This document shows, piece by piece, positions 20,507-30,312 of a stretch of DNA of 64,000 nucleotides; position 1 is the first letter of the stretch; the number at the start of each line of letters is the position of its first letter. The stretch covers positions 1-64,000 of the forward strand of contig CAWBGA010000008.1 in NCBI GenBank assembly GCA_963788195.1, in the 5' to 3' direction. Under the pieces are notes generated by a model. It was not told the DNA's origin, did not search any database, and saw only the letters and a program-made list of their open reading frames with translations. This DNA is from Nitrospirota bacterium. GTDB lineage: Bacteria > Nitrospirota > Nitrospiria > Nitrospirales > NS-4. The position numbers were made by a program, and so were the translations under genes.

Positions 20507-21229
20507 TCAATCGGCTCTTATACCAACTTCATCCAGGTGCTTCAGCAGATCGGCCGGATCCTCGTAGACGCGATAGGCGCCGGCACGGATCAATTCATCT
20601 TCTCCATAGCCACCCGAGAGCAAGCCAACGCCGAGCGCCCGGGCGCGGCGAGCCGCCAGTAGATCCCAGACGCTGTCACCCACGACAATGCAATCTTGGA
20701 TAGAAGCGCCGAGTCGATCGGCCGCCGCCAGGAATAGATCAGGATCAGGCTTGGCATGCGCGACCTGATCACGGGTGACGATAGGGACCTTGGCGCTTAC
20801 ATCGAGAATCTTCAGCGTGTGTCGCGCGGTCTCCATGTGACCGCTCGTGGCTATGGCATGCGGAACCCTCATCCGAGCGAGACGCGCGAGCAGCTTCTGC
20901 GCGCCCGGCAGAGGCCGCACGCGTTGAACGAGGCGTTTATAGGCATTCTTGTGGGACGACTGAATACGCTGGGCTTCTGCAGCACTCACCTGACGGCCGG
21001 TCTCTCGGATCAGCGCCTGCACAAACAGACCGCCGCTCATGCCGATTTGCCTATGAATCCGCCAGACCGCGAGCTCAATTCCGGCCTGCTCGAAGGCTTC
21101 CCGCCACGCCAACACGTGCTCATAGACGTTATCAACAAGCGTGCCGTCCAGATCGAATAGCAGCGCCGTTGGGCGAGCAATCGCCGGGCTTTTAAGGGGT
21201 GACTTGAAACTACGACTTCTGAGATGCAT
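20507..21229 (-). CDS. HAD-family hydrolase (subfamily IA)
   Basis: FDLDGTLVD, ATSG, KPDPD, VGDSVWD. Confidence 0.9.
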   Translation of the reverse strand: MHLRSRSFKSPLKSPAIARPTALLFDLDGTLVDNVYEHVLAWREAFEQAGIELAVWRIHRQIGMSGGLFVQALIRETGRQVSAAEAQRIQSSHKNAYKRLVQRVRPLPGAQKLLARLARMRVPHAIATSGHMETARHTLKILDVSAKVPIVTRDQVAHAKPDPDLFLAAADRLGASIQDCIVVGDSVWDLLAARRARALGVGLLSGGYGEDELIRAGAYRVYEDPADLLKHLDEVGIRAD

Positions 21230-21496
21230 CAGCCAAGGTTATCACAACTCCGGCTAAGAGAGATGACTCGTGTCTCGCCCGACTCATACGATACCTGTGA
21301 TCATCCGAGCCCACACCCACGGCACCGCTCTTGGCCTTCGCCGTATCACAAGAGATTCAAGACATGACCAACTAGATACAAATCCTAAGAGATAATGCTC
21401 GTCCATCTGTCGGACATTCTGCACTTTTGCGTGAAGTGCAGGATAAACAAACACATTCTTCTTTGGCGGCTTCCAAGCAGCATCCTCTCTCAGCAC

Positions 21497-21512
21497 TGGC
21501 ACGCGCGATGCT
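21497..21512 (+). promoter_or_regulatory. sigma54 (-24/-12) promoter upstream of the 142-aa secreted protein gene
   Basis: TGGCACGCGCGATGCT matches TGGCACG-N4-TTGC with exact GG-N10-GC spacing, 80 bp before the ATG. Confidence 0.7.
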
Positions 21513-21592
21513 TCTGTTCATGAGATAGCAACATCCGCGGATGAAGCGAGGCGCACTCAGGAAGCAATGCTCTCAGAAAGAAGGAGGAAAGT

Positions 21593-22021
21593 ATGAATAC
21601 ATCAAAACGACACGCAAGATGGTTTATTCCCCTGCTCATTGCGCTGACATTGGGTGTGCTCCCAATGGTCGCAAGCGCCGAGCTGGAGGATAAAGGGGCA
21701 TGGATCGACAATATCACTCAAGTCGTCGCAGCCACCGACGTCACGGAGGGTAGCCTCCAGCCATACCTGGGGCAGCTGCAGATCGTCCGGGCGGCGTTTC
21801 GGTTCGGGGATGAACCCTCCGTTGTCAGAGCCATGAACCGCTTCATGGATATGTTAGAACAGCAAGAACATGGCATCACAGCCGGGACCGCGAGTTGGTT
21901 GCTCGACTACTGCTACAAGACCATTCCGGCCAAGTTTCACGATGCCACCCGGCACCAGGAGTACCGTGACCACATGGATCGGGTGAATGGCGAAAACGGG
22001 TTTGGAGCAGAAGGTGGATGA
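21593..22021 (+). CDS. Secreted hypothetical protein
   Basis: AGGAGG RBS; signal peptide ending ASA; helical mature region. Confidence 0.8.
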   Translation: MNTSKRHARWFIPLLIALTLGVLPMVASAELEDKGAWIDNITQVVAATDVTEGSLQPYLGQLQIVRAAFRFGDEPSVVRAMNRFMDMLEQQEHGITAGTASWLLDYCYKTIPAKFHDATRHQEYRDHMDRVNGENGFGAEGG

Positions 22022-22050
22022 GCGGTTATCGATCTCAGATGCCGCACAAG

Positions 22051-22121
22051 ATTGGGGGTCAGAGTCATTCAGAAACCCACCGCATGCCTGCTGGCTGGTG
22101 GTTTCCGGCTCTGACCCCAAT
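22051..22121. repeat. REP/REPIN-like inverted repeat (GGGGTCAGAG...CTCTGACCCC)
   Basis: ATTGGGGGTCAGAG ... CTCTGACCCCAAT arms; related motifs near 12020, 23740 and 26420-26483. Confidence 0.7.
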
Positions 22122-22281
22122 TGTCACTGTTTCCCGATTCTGCTTTTAATGGCCGCCTACACGATAGCATTTCTCTCCTTCGGTGGATAAGAGCCCTCGT
22201 TTTTCACTGTATGACCGGACACAAGCAATTGTGTTATACCTTTCGGCTGCTTGGTGCGGCGCAAGACAGATAGGGAGACCT

Positions 22282-23694
22282 ATGCGGCAACATTTTACCC
22301 GGCGGCAATTTATCGCGACGGCGGGCATCGCCGCCACAGCTACGATCCTTGGGCAGCCTATCTTTGATATCGGCACGGCATTCGCCGCGACCGGGTTTGT
22401 ACGGCGCAATGTCGGCGCAATGAATGCCAGCCACGCGGTGATCCTTGGGTATCGGAAGGCTATTAAGGCGATGCAAGCGCTGCCACCGAACGATCCACGA
22501 AGTTGGGCGTATCAAGCCGCGATCCACGGCACTGTCAGCACCCCGGCCATGACGGCGTGGAACACCTGTCAGCACGGAAACTATTTCTTCTGGTCATGGC
22601 ACCGAATGTATCTGTACTGGTTCGAGCGGATCGTCAGAAAGATGTCCGGCGACGCTAAGTGGGCCCTGCCCTATTGGGACTGGAGTGCACCAGCCCAGCG
22701 ACAACTGCCCGCGATGTTCCGCAACCCCGGCACCGAGCTTTATACCGTGAACCGTAATCCGGCTATGAACAACGGCACGGGCTCTCTTCCGGCATCTCAT
22801 GTGAACTACAGCAGCGCGTTTGCCCTCGTGAACTTCACCTCCGCCAGCGACTCGATTGAGGTCACTCCGCACAACGTCGTGCACGGAGATATCGGGGGCC
22901 TGATGGGGTCTGTGCCGACTGCGGCGCAGGACCCCATTTTCTACCTACATCATTGCAATATGGATCGGCTGTGGAACCTTTGGTTGGCCCAGACGGGAGG
23001 CCGTGCGGATCCGTTGACCGACGCAACATGGAAGAACACGAAATATACGTTCTTCGATGAGAACGGCCGCAGAGTGGAGATGACCGGTTGTGATGTTCTT
23101 CGCGCCTCTCAACAACTCCGTTACACTTATCAAGGGGAGCCGAAGCAAGTCAAACAAGACTGCGCGGGCAAAGCGAAGGCGGCCAAAATGGACTTCACAC
23201 GCGAGACCCTGCTCCAGGTTCCCACCCCACCGATTGAGGTCGGGTCTGAGCCGGTGTCGTTCCTGCTCAACATCACGGAGCTTCGCGATCGGTTCGCCTC
23301 CATCGGAAAAAGCAAGACGCAGACGGTCTTCCTTGAACTCGACGAGGTGGAGGCAGAGAGCGAACCCGGCGCCGTGTGGGAAGTTTACGTCGGGCTACCG
23401 CCAAGCACCGAGCCGGATGCGAAGAGCCCATATTACGTGGGCAACATCGCACTCTTCGGCACCGGCATCCGGAGCCACACACATCAAGAATTCAAGCCTG
23501 CACATTTTGCCTTTCCGATCAATCGAGCCATCGAGGCCTCGCTCAGTGCAAAGGCGGCAAACCAGGAGAGCGTCCAGGTTACGCTGGTGCCCTCAGGTGT
23601 CCTGATCAACGGCAAACCCACACGCCCTAAGGTGGAGACACCGGTGCGCATCGGCCGTGTCAGACTTGCGGTGGAAACTCAGAATACCCGGTAG
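22282..23694 (+). CDS. Tat-exported tyrosinase / polyphenol oxidase with C-terminal domain
   Basis: TRRQFI Tat motif; CuA H...CQHGNYFFWSWHR; LPYWDW; CuB PHNVVH...AAQDPIFYLHHCNMDRLW; AGGGAG RBS. Confidence 0.92.
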   Translation: MRQHFTRRQFIATAGIAATATILGQPIFDIGTAFAATGFVRRNVGAMNASHAVILGYRKAIKAMQALPPNDPRSWAYQAAIHGTVSTPAMTAWNTCQHGNYFFWSWHRMYLYWFERIVRKMSGDAKWALPYWDWSAPAQRQLPAMFRNPGTELYTVNRNPAMNNGTGSLPASHVNYSSAFALVNFTSASDSIEVTPHNVVHGDIGGLMGSVPTAAQDPIFYLHHCNMDRLWNLWLAQTGGRADPLTDATWKNTKYTFFDENGRRVEMTGCDVLRASQQLRYTYQGEPKQVKQDCAGKAKAAKMDFTRETLLQVPTPPIEVGSEPVSFLLNITELRDRFASIGKSKTQTVFLELDEVEAESEPGAVWEVYVGLPPSTEPDAKSPYYVGNIALFGTGIRSHTHQEFKPAHFAFPINRAIEASLSAKAANQESVQVTLVPSGVLINGKPTRPKVETPVRIGRVRLAVETQNTR

Positions 23695-23781
23695 TGGCTC
23701 TGGGCTGGGGCTTGCCGAATCGCTCGCCATGGCTAACTCACTCTGACCCGTTTCGCTCTCTAGATCCATTACAATTGAAGG

Positions 23782-24747
23782 ATGGAAAAGCGCAGTCATC
23801 GGCTGAACGACGGATTTAGGAACATCAGCCCCGCCTTTGGTGAACCCAGCGAGTGGCAGCGCATTAAATTCATTGCTTCCCGGATCTGGTCCACCACGCT
23901 TCATCCCCGAACGAGTCCCCTGATTCCGATAGAGAATGATGGAGCCCTGTTGCGCTCCAATGAGACGACGCCCACGGTGACATGGATTGGTCATGCTACA
24001 CTTCTCATTCAGCTTGACGGTCTCAATATTCTCACGGATCCTCACTGGTCTGATCGCGCCAGTCCGGTCACTTTCGCCGGACCGAAGCGGTTGGTCCCAC
24101 CTGGTCTGCGCTTCGGCGACCTGCCTCCCATTCATCTCATCCTGATCTCGCACGATCATTACGACCATCTCGACGTTCAGACAGTCCGTCGCCTCGAACA
24201 AAGGCATCGGCCGCAGTTTCTGGTACCGTTGGGTCTCAAAGGATGGCTGGAAAACGTCGGGATTCGGAATGTCGAGGAACTCGATTGGTGGGACAGCCGA
24301 AGGATACAGGATTGTCTCGTGACCTGTACGCCAGTCCAGCACTTCTCAGGCCGGACCCTTTGGGATCGCAACCGACGCCTGTGGGCGGGATGGAGCGTGC
24401 AGGGAAGGCGCAGGCACGTTTTCTTCGCGGGGGATACCGGCTACTATCCGGAACTGTTTAAGGACATCGGCCGGCGGCTTGGGACGTTCGATCTTGCCGC
24501 CATTCCGATCGGCGCCTATCTTCCGCCTTACATGATGAAGTTCGTCCACAGCACGCCCGAACAAGCACTCCAAATCTTCTCCGACATCCAAGCGGAGCGG
24601 TTTCTGGCGATGCACTGGGGAACATTCGACCTTGCGGACGAGCCGATCGACGATCCCCCGAAGCGGTTAGACGCCGAAAGACATCGCCTTGGATTAGACC
24701 CCACGCGCGTCTGGATCATGAAACCCGGCGAGACACGTCCCTGGTGA
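23782..24747 (+). CDS. MBL-fold hydrolase, NAPE-PLD/RomA-like
   Basis: TWIGHAT, SHDHYDHLD, QHFSGR, FFAGDTGY, PIGAY, MHWGTF. Confidence 0.9.
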   Translation: MEKRSHRLNDGFRNISPAFGEPSEWQRIKFIASRIWSTTLHPRTSPLIPIENDGALLRSNETTPTVTWIGHATLLIQLDGLNILTDPHWSDRASPVTFAGPKRLVPPGLRFGDLPPIHLILISHDHYDHLDVQTVRRLEQRHRPQFLVPLGLKGWLENVGIRNVEELDWWDSRRIQDCLVTCTPVQHFSGRTLWDRNRRLWAGWSVQGRRRHVFFAGDTGYYPELFKDIGRRLGTFDLAAIPIGAYLPPYMMKFVHSTPEQALQIFSDIQAERFLAMHWGTFDLADEPIDDPPKRLDAERHRLGLDPTRVWIMKPGETRPW

Positions 24748-24764
24748 AAACCGGTTCGTTTTAC

Positions 24765-25358
24765 TCACAGCCAGCCGACGGCACGGCACCATTCTGTAAT
24801 TTCTTTCTGTCGTGCCGCGTAACTAGCCGGCGGTACGGCTCCCTCGCGGCGAGCCGTTTCCCGGATCTTCTGGATCTGATCGGCCAACGGCGGCAATCCT
24901 ACTTCAGCTCGGCGCGCATCTACGGCCTCCTGCTTTTCGATTCGCCAGGGACTCATCTCTCCATTCTCATCCCAGTCGAAAATGGTGCCATATACTTGTG
25001 GCTGCCGTTCATTGAAGCGGATGCGGTCTCCAAGATAAACCTCATAGCGTGCAGGGACATCGCCGGCCCGGACAGCAGAACAAATCAGTGCAAGACACTT
25101 TCTTTGAAAGGCCGGTTTGCTGATGGCATGGTTGGCAATTATGAAAGCCGCCTCGGCTCCTTCTTCTCCGGCAAGCGAAACGCCAGGCCAGCCGAAGTTA
25201 TTAATGATCGTTTCGAGCCTCTCGGCGTTCTGAAGATGCACAGCCTCCATCTCCTTGTTATAGCCCTGGTACAGGAGGCCGGAGGCGACCAGCCGAGTCC
25301 GGGTGTCGTCGTCACGTCGTTTCAAATCCGAGAGCTCCGCCTGAATATCCTTATTCAT
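24765..25358 (-). CDS. DUF6624-like protein
   Basis: LETIINNFGWPGVSLAG...AFIIANHA...YLGDRIR...PQVYGT...VDARRAEVGLPPL. Confidence 0.8.
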   Translation of the reverse strand: MNKDIQAELSDLKRRDDDTRTRLVASGLLYQGYNKEMEAVHLQNAERLETIINNFGWPGVSLAGEEGAEAAFIIANHAISKPAFQRKCLALICSAVRAGDVPARYEVYLGDRIRFNERQPQVYGTIFDWDENGEMSPWRIEKQEAVDARRAEVGLPPLADQIQKIRETARREGAVPPASYAARQKEITEWCRAVGWL

Positions 25359-25382
25359 GGTGTGACCCAGCAGAAGTTAGAA

Positions 25383-25805
25383 TCAACCCACGGCTTTCTC
25401 GACCAACTCGCCGATGGCGGAAATATTTTTCACGAGCTCGTCCGGTAACCCGTGCCGGTTTTTCAGGTACTCCGGTGTGTTGTATGAGAGCCAGACCCGT
25501 CCGGCCTCATCTTGCCAGGCGAGAGCCTTCAGCGGAAGGTCAATCGCGATGCTGGGGGAAACCATCATCAACGGCGTACCCGCTTTGGGATTGCCGAATA
25601 TTAGTAGCTGCGTCGGCCGCATTTGGAGACCAACCTTCGCAGCATCTCCACTAAAATCAATCCGGGCAAAGATCGTAAGCCCGTGAGATGTGACAACAGA
25701 CTCAAGCCGCTGCAGCGTATCGGGCACAGAGAACTTGCTGGGAACGTGGACAATCCCCTTGGCGGGCTCGCTTTCTTGCGGCATAGCTTCAGCCTTCAAA
25801 AACAT
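25383..25805 (-). CDS. DUF302 family protein
   Basis: IFARIDFS, LLIFGNPKAGTPLM, DLPLKALAW; alternative start 25784. Confidence 0.88.
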   Translation of the reverse strand: MFLKAEAMPQESEPAKGIVHVPSKFSVPDTLQRLESVVTSHGLTIFARIDFSGDAAKVGLQMRPTQLLIFGNPKAGTPLMMVSPSIAIDLPLKALAWQDEAGRVWLSYNTPEYLKNRHGLPDELVKNISAIGELVEKAVG

Positions 25806-25848
25806 TGGGGTGAAATTTACATTAATCAGTGCAATCTAGATTATGAGT

Positions 25849-26391
25849 CTATCGATGCTTTAATGGAATCCCCACCAGCCCTCGAACGTGCTGCCCCACT
25901 TGTCGAGGAAGGTCGCGATACTTCTGACAGACCTCACCGAGTTCATCATAGTCCGTTCCGCCGAGCAAAAGCTTGTGTATCGCATCTGTTCGATGCTGGT
26001 TGAAGCGTCGAAGTTCCTCGGTGAGCCCCGGCTCAAAGTTGAGCTTTGCGCATTTCTCGACGACTTGCCCGAACGTAGACTTGTCGCCCGGTGCGAAGAT
26101 CCTGCCCTTTGGGTTCTTCGCTACCCAAAACATCCGGAGCCAAAACTCCGTGTGTTGGAGCTGTAGCGAGATCGCCTCGACGAAAAAGCCGAGGGTCTCT
26201 GCTCGATCTGCACGCTCCATAATCTCGTTCAGGTTCTTGAATGCCTTGTCGAAATTAAGTAGACCGATCGAATCGAAGCTAGGCAGTGAGATAACCTCGC
26301 CAGGGTTTGACAGTGCGATCAACTCACGCATCTCTTCGTCGGAGAGGTGATCCGCGCTCCTAAGTTCCTTTACGCGGTGTTCTTTGTCCAT
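25849..26391 (-). CDS. Hypothetical protein with HEPN-like motif
   Basis: All-helical; E..LR helix, TFGQ, FNQHRTDAIH (RxxxxH). Confidence 0.6.
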   Translation of the reverse strand: MDKEHRVKELRSADHLSDEEMRELIALSNPGEVISLPSFDSIGLLNFDKAFKNLNEIMERADRAETLGFFVEAISLQLQHTEFWLRMFWVAKNPKGRIFAPGDKSTFGQVVEKCAKLNFEPGLTEELRRFNQHRTDAIHKLLLGGTDYDELGEVCQKYRDLPRQVGQHVRGLVGIPLKHR

Positions 26392-26419
26392 TAAATAAAC
26401 CCCGGAAGGCCGGTGTAGC

Positions 26420-26483
26420 TCAGACTCGACTTCTCAAGGCTACGCCATATCCCTCGCCGGCCTTCAGAGAATCGAGTCTGACC
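26420..26483. repeat. REPIN-like inverted repeat at the truncation point of the duplicated gene fragment
   Basis: TCAGACTCGACTTCTC ... GAGAATCGAGTCTGA. Confidence 0.6.
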
Positions 26484-26487
26484 TAAT

Positions 26488-26601
26488 CTCCATATCCTTG
26501 TTATAGCCCTGGTACAGGAGGCCGGAGACGACAAGCCGGGTCCGGATGTCGTCATCACGTCGCTTCAAATCTAACAGTTCCGCCTGAATATCTTTATTCA
26601 T
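26488..26601 (-). pseudogene. Truncated second copy of the 5' end of the DUF6624-like gene
   Basis: MNKDIQAELLDLKRRDDDIRTRLVVSGLLYQGYNKDME vs MNKDIQAELSDLKRRDDDTRTRLVASGLLYQGYNKEME; 26488-26614 aligns to 25245-25371. Confidence 0.9.
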
Positions 26602-26693
26602 CGCGTGACCCAGCTGCAACTCGGGAGAGGGCTTCCGCTTCGACTTGCTTGGTCCAGTTAGCATGGGCGCCTACTAATGGTGGTTATCCGCAC

Positions 26694-26722
26694 TTGACAC
26701 CCTATATAATGGTTAGTATCAT
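26694..26722 (+). promoter_or_regulatory. sigma70-type promoter of the DNA methyltransferase
   Basis: TTGACA-N17-TATCAT, implying the start codon is GTG 26748. Confidence 0.6.
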
Positions 26723-26747
26723 CTCGCTGCCTAAGTTTCTAATTTCC

Positions 26748-28080
26748 GTGAATCAACTTCCAAAGGAACAGCTTATCTTCGAATACGACGCAGTCTTTCG
26801 CGATCCAGCCTTTGCTTCCAACAAGACTATGCCCGTGCATCGCTGGGTGCCATGGATTGCAGGTTTTTCCGGTAAATTCGTTGATGATGTATTTCGCGAG
26901 TTCCTACCTGTTCGTAAGAACCGTCGGCCTCTCGTTTTGGATCCGTTTTCTGGAGTAGGAACAACTCTTTTTCAGGCGATGCTTCATGGATTCAGCACGG
27001 TAGGCTTTGAGATCAATCCTTATGCTGTTCTTTGTGCCAGGACTAAATTAAACGCCGCTAATATCAAAATCGCTCATCTTGACACAATAATTGAGACGCT
27101 CCAAAAAATCGGGACAAGGGGTGCATCTAAAATTATATCCTCTTCGCGCCCAGCACAATTTCGTTCAAGAATTCCATTCTTTGCACCAAAAATAGAAGGC
27201 CAGGTTCTGCAAGTGTTGGGATTAACAGATGCTATACGGAATCCTGATATCGCTGATTTAATCAGGGTCGCCTTTGGTTCGATAATGGTGAGTGTCTCCA
27301 ATTACTCCTATGAGCCAAGCTTAGGAACACGTACGGGTGCAGGAAAGCCTTTAATCGATGATGCAAACGTTGCTGAAGTCTTGGCATCCAAACTTCGACA
27401 AATTCGCGAAGATATTCTATGGGTCCAACAGAGAATGCCCCAAGCGAACAAAACCATCCGGAGACAAGTGTATTGTGAAGATTTTCTGTCGTTGAATGGT
27501 CAACTTGAGGCTTCTTCAGTTGATTTAATGGTGACATCGCCTCCATATATGAATAATTATCACTACGTTCGGAACACTCGACCCCAACTCTTCTGGCTAT
27601 CCTTAGTTTCAGATCGCAAAGAACTCCGGCAGCTAGAAGAAAGCAATTTCGGGAAATATTGGCAAACAGTACGGGATAAGGATCAAGTAGAACTAGAGGC
27701 AAAGACACGCTCACTAGAGAAAGTTGTGTGCAGACTGAGAAGCATAAGGACCACCTCCGGTTCCTATGGTGGTCCAGGGTGGGCCAATTACGTTGCAACT
27801 TATTTTAACGATTGCAGTCGCTTCCTATGTAACCTAAGACGTGTTCTAAAAAAAGGTGGTACAGGTGTGGTTGTCCTCGGGAACTCAATAATCCAAGGGA
27901 TGGAAATCAAAACGGACCGTATTTTGGGGGATCTTGCAATCGAGAATGGACTTCAAGCTCGAGCGCATAGTAGAAATTAGGTCAACGAGGATAGGATTTA
28001 GCATGACAGGATAGTGTTCGGGAGGAGAAATCAGCGGGGCGCGTCTTTATGAGACAGCGGTAGTCTTAAAGAAAGGATGA
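26748..28080 (+). CDS. Amino-DNA methyltransferase (probably N4-cytosine, alpha motif order) with disrupted C-terminus
   Basis: HRW..WIAGFS, DPFSGVGTT (motif I) before TSPPY (motif IV); main ORF stops at 27980, while a +1 frame from ~27958 reads LERIVEIRSTRIG...*...RLYETAVVLKKG to 28080. Confidence 0.85.
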
Positions 28081-28093
28081 ACTTCCCTAGCAT

Positions 28094-28519
28094 TCATTTA
28101 AGTGGAAATTCTTTGTCCCAACGCACCTCCCTGACTCCCGGCCTTCCTTTTCCCGGTATGTGACTCCCAAATCCGCTCTTGTTCCAGATTGGCTTATAAC
28201 CTGTGATCAGTGCATCTTCTGCAGCTCGCACGAACCAGTCGCTGTCGATAATAAGAAACCGACACGTCATATGTCCGATTGATAGATTTGGTCTGGCACT
28301 TATCTTTCGGAAATGCTCGCACAAGCGACGGCGAAGTGTTGTGTGAAGAGCCTTGCCAGCATATACAAGTTTGCCTTTCCAATAGAGGACATACACACCT
28401 TTCATTGGCGGGGCAACTTCCTCGGCGAGAGGGTGCGCCGGACTTCCTTCCAATTTTTCTATTACTTGGGCGCGTATAGCCTTATCTATCTCAAAAACAA
28501 ACCTGTGCTGATCACACAA
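28094..28519 (-). CDS. GIY-YIG endonuclease, Eco29kI-like restriction enzyme
   Basis: GVY...VYAGKA, RRLCEH, CRFL, AEDALI...PIWN..GFGSHIPGKGR, WD; convergent with the MTase. Confidence 0.8.
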   Translation of the reverse strand: MCDQHRFVFEIDKAIRAQVIEKLEGSPAHPLAEEVAPPMKGVYVLYWKGKLVYAGKALHTTLRRRLCEHFRKISARPNLSIGHMTCRFLIIDSDWFVRAAEDALITGYKPIWNKSGFGSHIPGKGRPGVREVRWDKEFPLK

Positions 28520-28670
28520 AGTTCTTATCTCTTAAGGAACAAGGATAACAGGGAGAGCCTAGTATCAGATCCGAGCGCCAAAGGCAAAGCGACAGCTTGC
28601 CGCTTTCAATGCTAATGTCTCACAGAATGGCGCTGAATGTAATGGGAGTTTTTGAGTAGCCAAATTATTT

Positions 28671-30165
28671 TCAATTAGTTCGCAGCACCAGTCGCCTAAG
28701 GTCCTGCTTCAACAAACCCAGAAGGTTCGACTGAACGATTATGAAACGTTCGGGCGCTAATCCAGCTGGAGACGGCACGCCGGCATACTTTTTAAACACC
28801 TCACCGAAAATTCTCTTTTTCGCTTTAATTTTCTGTTTTTTGCCATGATCTACGTCATGCCGAAGATGGGTACGAAGCACAGTTACGTTTCTAAATGACT
28901 CTGGAATCTGCCCAATGAGCCGACTTCCCATGCTTTCATGGAATAGAAAATATAGGTCGTCAATAAAATCTCTATAGTCATCGAAATCTTCAATGGCTTT
29001 TGTGATATTTGCCTGAGCTTGAGCGGTTTTATTAGTCGCTTTGAAGAGATCCTCTCCGTGCTGCGCTGAATACTGTTCATTTATTCCGCCGATAAGTGTC
29101 ACAAGCTCTGTAGCATCAGCAGCTACGGACGCCTTTAGGCCGGTTTCGCTGACTGCTACCGGATCAAGCATTTCGGCGAACGCAGGATCTGTCGCTAGCA
29201 GTTTTCGCAAAAGAATTTGCAGGCGAATCCGCGCTCCATCCTTGATGTTGGCATTTACCGTGCGCTGAAATTCGAGATACGCCGAATCTGTGGCTCTTTG
29301 ACCAAGCTCAACCTGCTCATTCAGCTGTTCTAAGAATTTCACGAAGAACTTTTGTACTCGCTGCTCATGGCCCTCAGTTTTTGCCGATTGAATGAGCTTG
29401 CATATGAGCGTCAGCAGTGATTGGACAATGGTTCGGTTACGTAAGAGTTCAGCAGTCCTCTCGTCGAATCCGACATTGACAAAGTCAAGTGCTGCCTTGA
29501 TTCTCTTTGCAACATTTGAGTTGGAAGAGAACTGAGACTGGCTCTCAAATACGACACGGAGATCTTCATAACGAAGAGCCACGTCGATCCCCTCGATCTC
29601 GATAGCTGCCACCTTTGCCAGCACGTCAAAGTGTCCGTAGCGCCTGTCGGAAGCGCTTATCTTCTTAAAGAACCTGTGCTTTGTCATTTTGAGAACGAAG
29701 TCACGAAGCTTGCTGTGAACGGAGTTTAACTTTTCAGCGCTGGTCAAGGGGAGACCCTTTTGCAGACGCTGAAAAAGTCTTTTACCTCCTGATCGGTCGC
29801 ATCCTCAATCTCGTCGTACTGGATTTCATAGTCGTCAAAAGCATCTACGACATTGTCCTTCAGTTGGCCGTAGTGGCTTCCTCCGAACTCCTGAGCACTC
29901 TTATTGGCTAGTGGGAGCTCGTTTTCGATAAACTCCCAGATCGTAACAAGACGCTGCTGACCGTCCACTACTTCATACGCCTCTGGTTTATCTGAGACCT
30001 TGAGAAAGTAGAATTTGGGTAATCTCCAACCCCGAAGAATCGTGTCGATCAAACTCTGTTTGTTGGATCGGCTCCAAACCTTTGTCGTTGCCACTCAGGG
30101 ATCTCATACCGATCACGGCGTTTGTAGATCTTGTCTGTGGCACGAGTCTTGGACTGCATTTTCAT
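28671..30165 (-). CDS. DUF262 (ParB-like, GmrS N-terminal) protein with long helical C-terminus; two frameshifts (~30085, ~29775)
   Basis: MKMQ...YEIPEWQR / VWSRSNKQSLIDTILRGWRLPKFYF...VVDGQQRL / FQRLQKGLPLTSAEKLNS across three frames; GAGGG before ATG 30165. Confidence 0.8.
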
Positions 30166-30312
30166 ATTCTTCCCTCGACTGAGTAAATCTCAGGATAGCC
30201 TAAAATGTGTTTAGCGTCGAGCAACACAGAGGCTGACACCTTTCTGTCCATCTGATAGGCTTCAGCTTACTGCGGCTTGCCGCTCTCCGTCTGCGGATGC
30301 TATAGTCGCGCC

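Noticed and set aside
26649..26747. Longer MTase N-terminus from the ORF track
   Set aside because: A good sigma70 promoter lies inside it, so GTG 26748 is favoured
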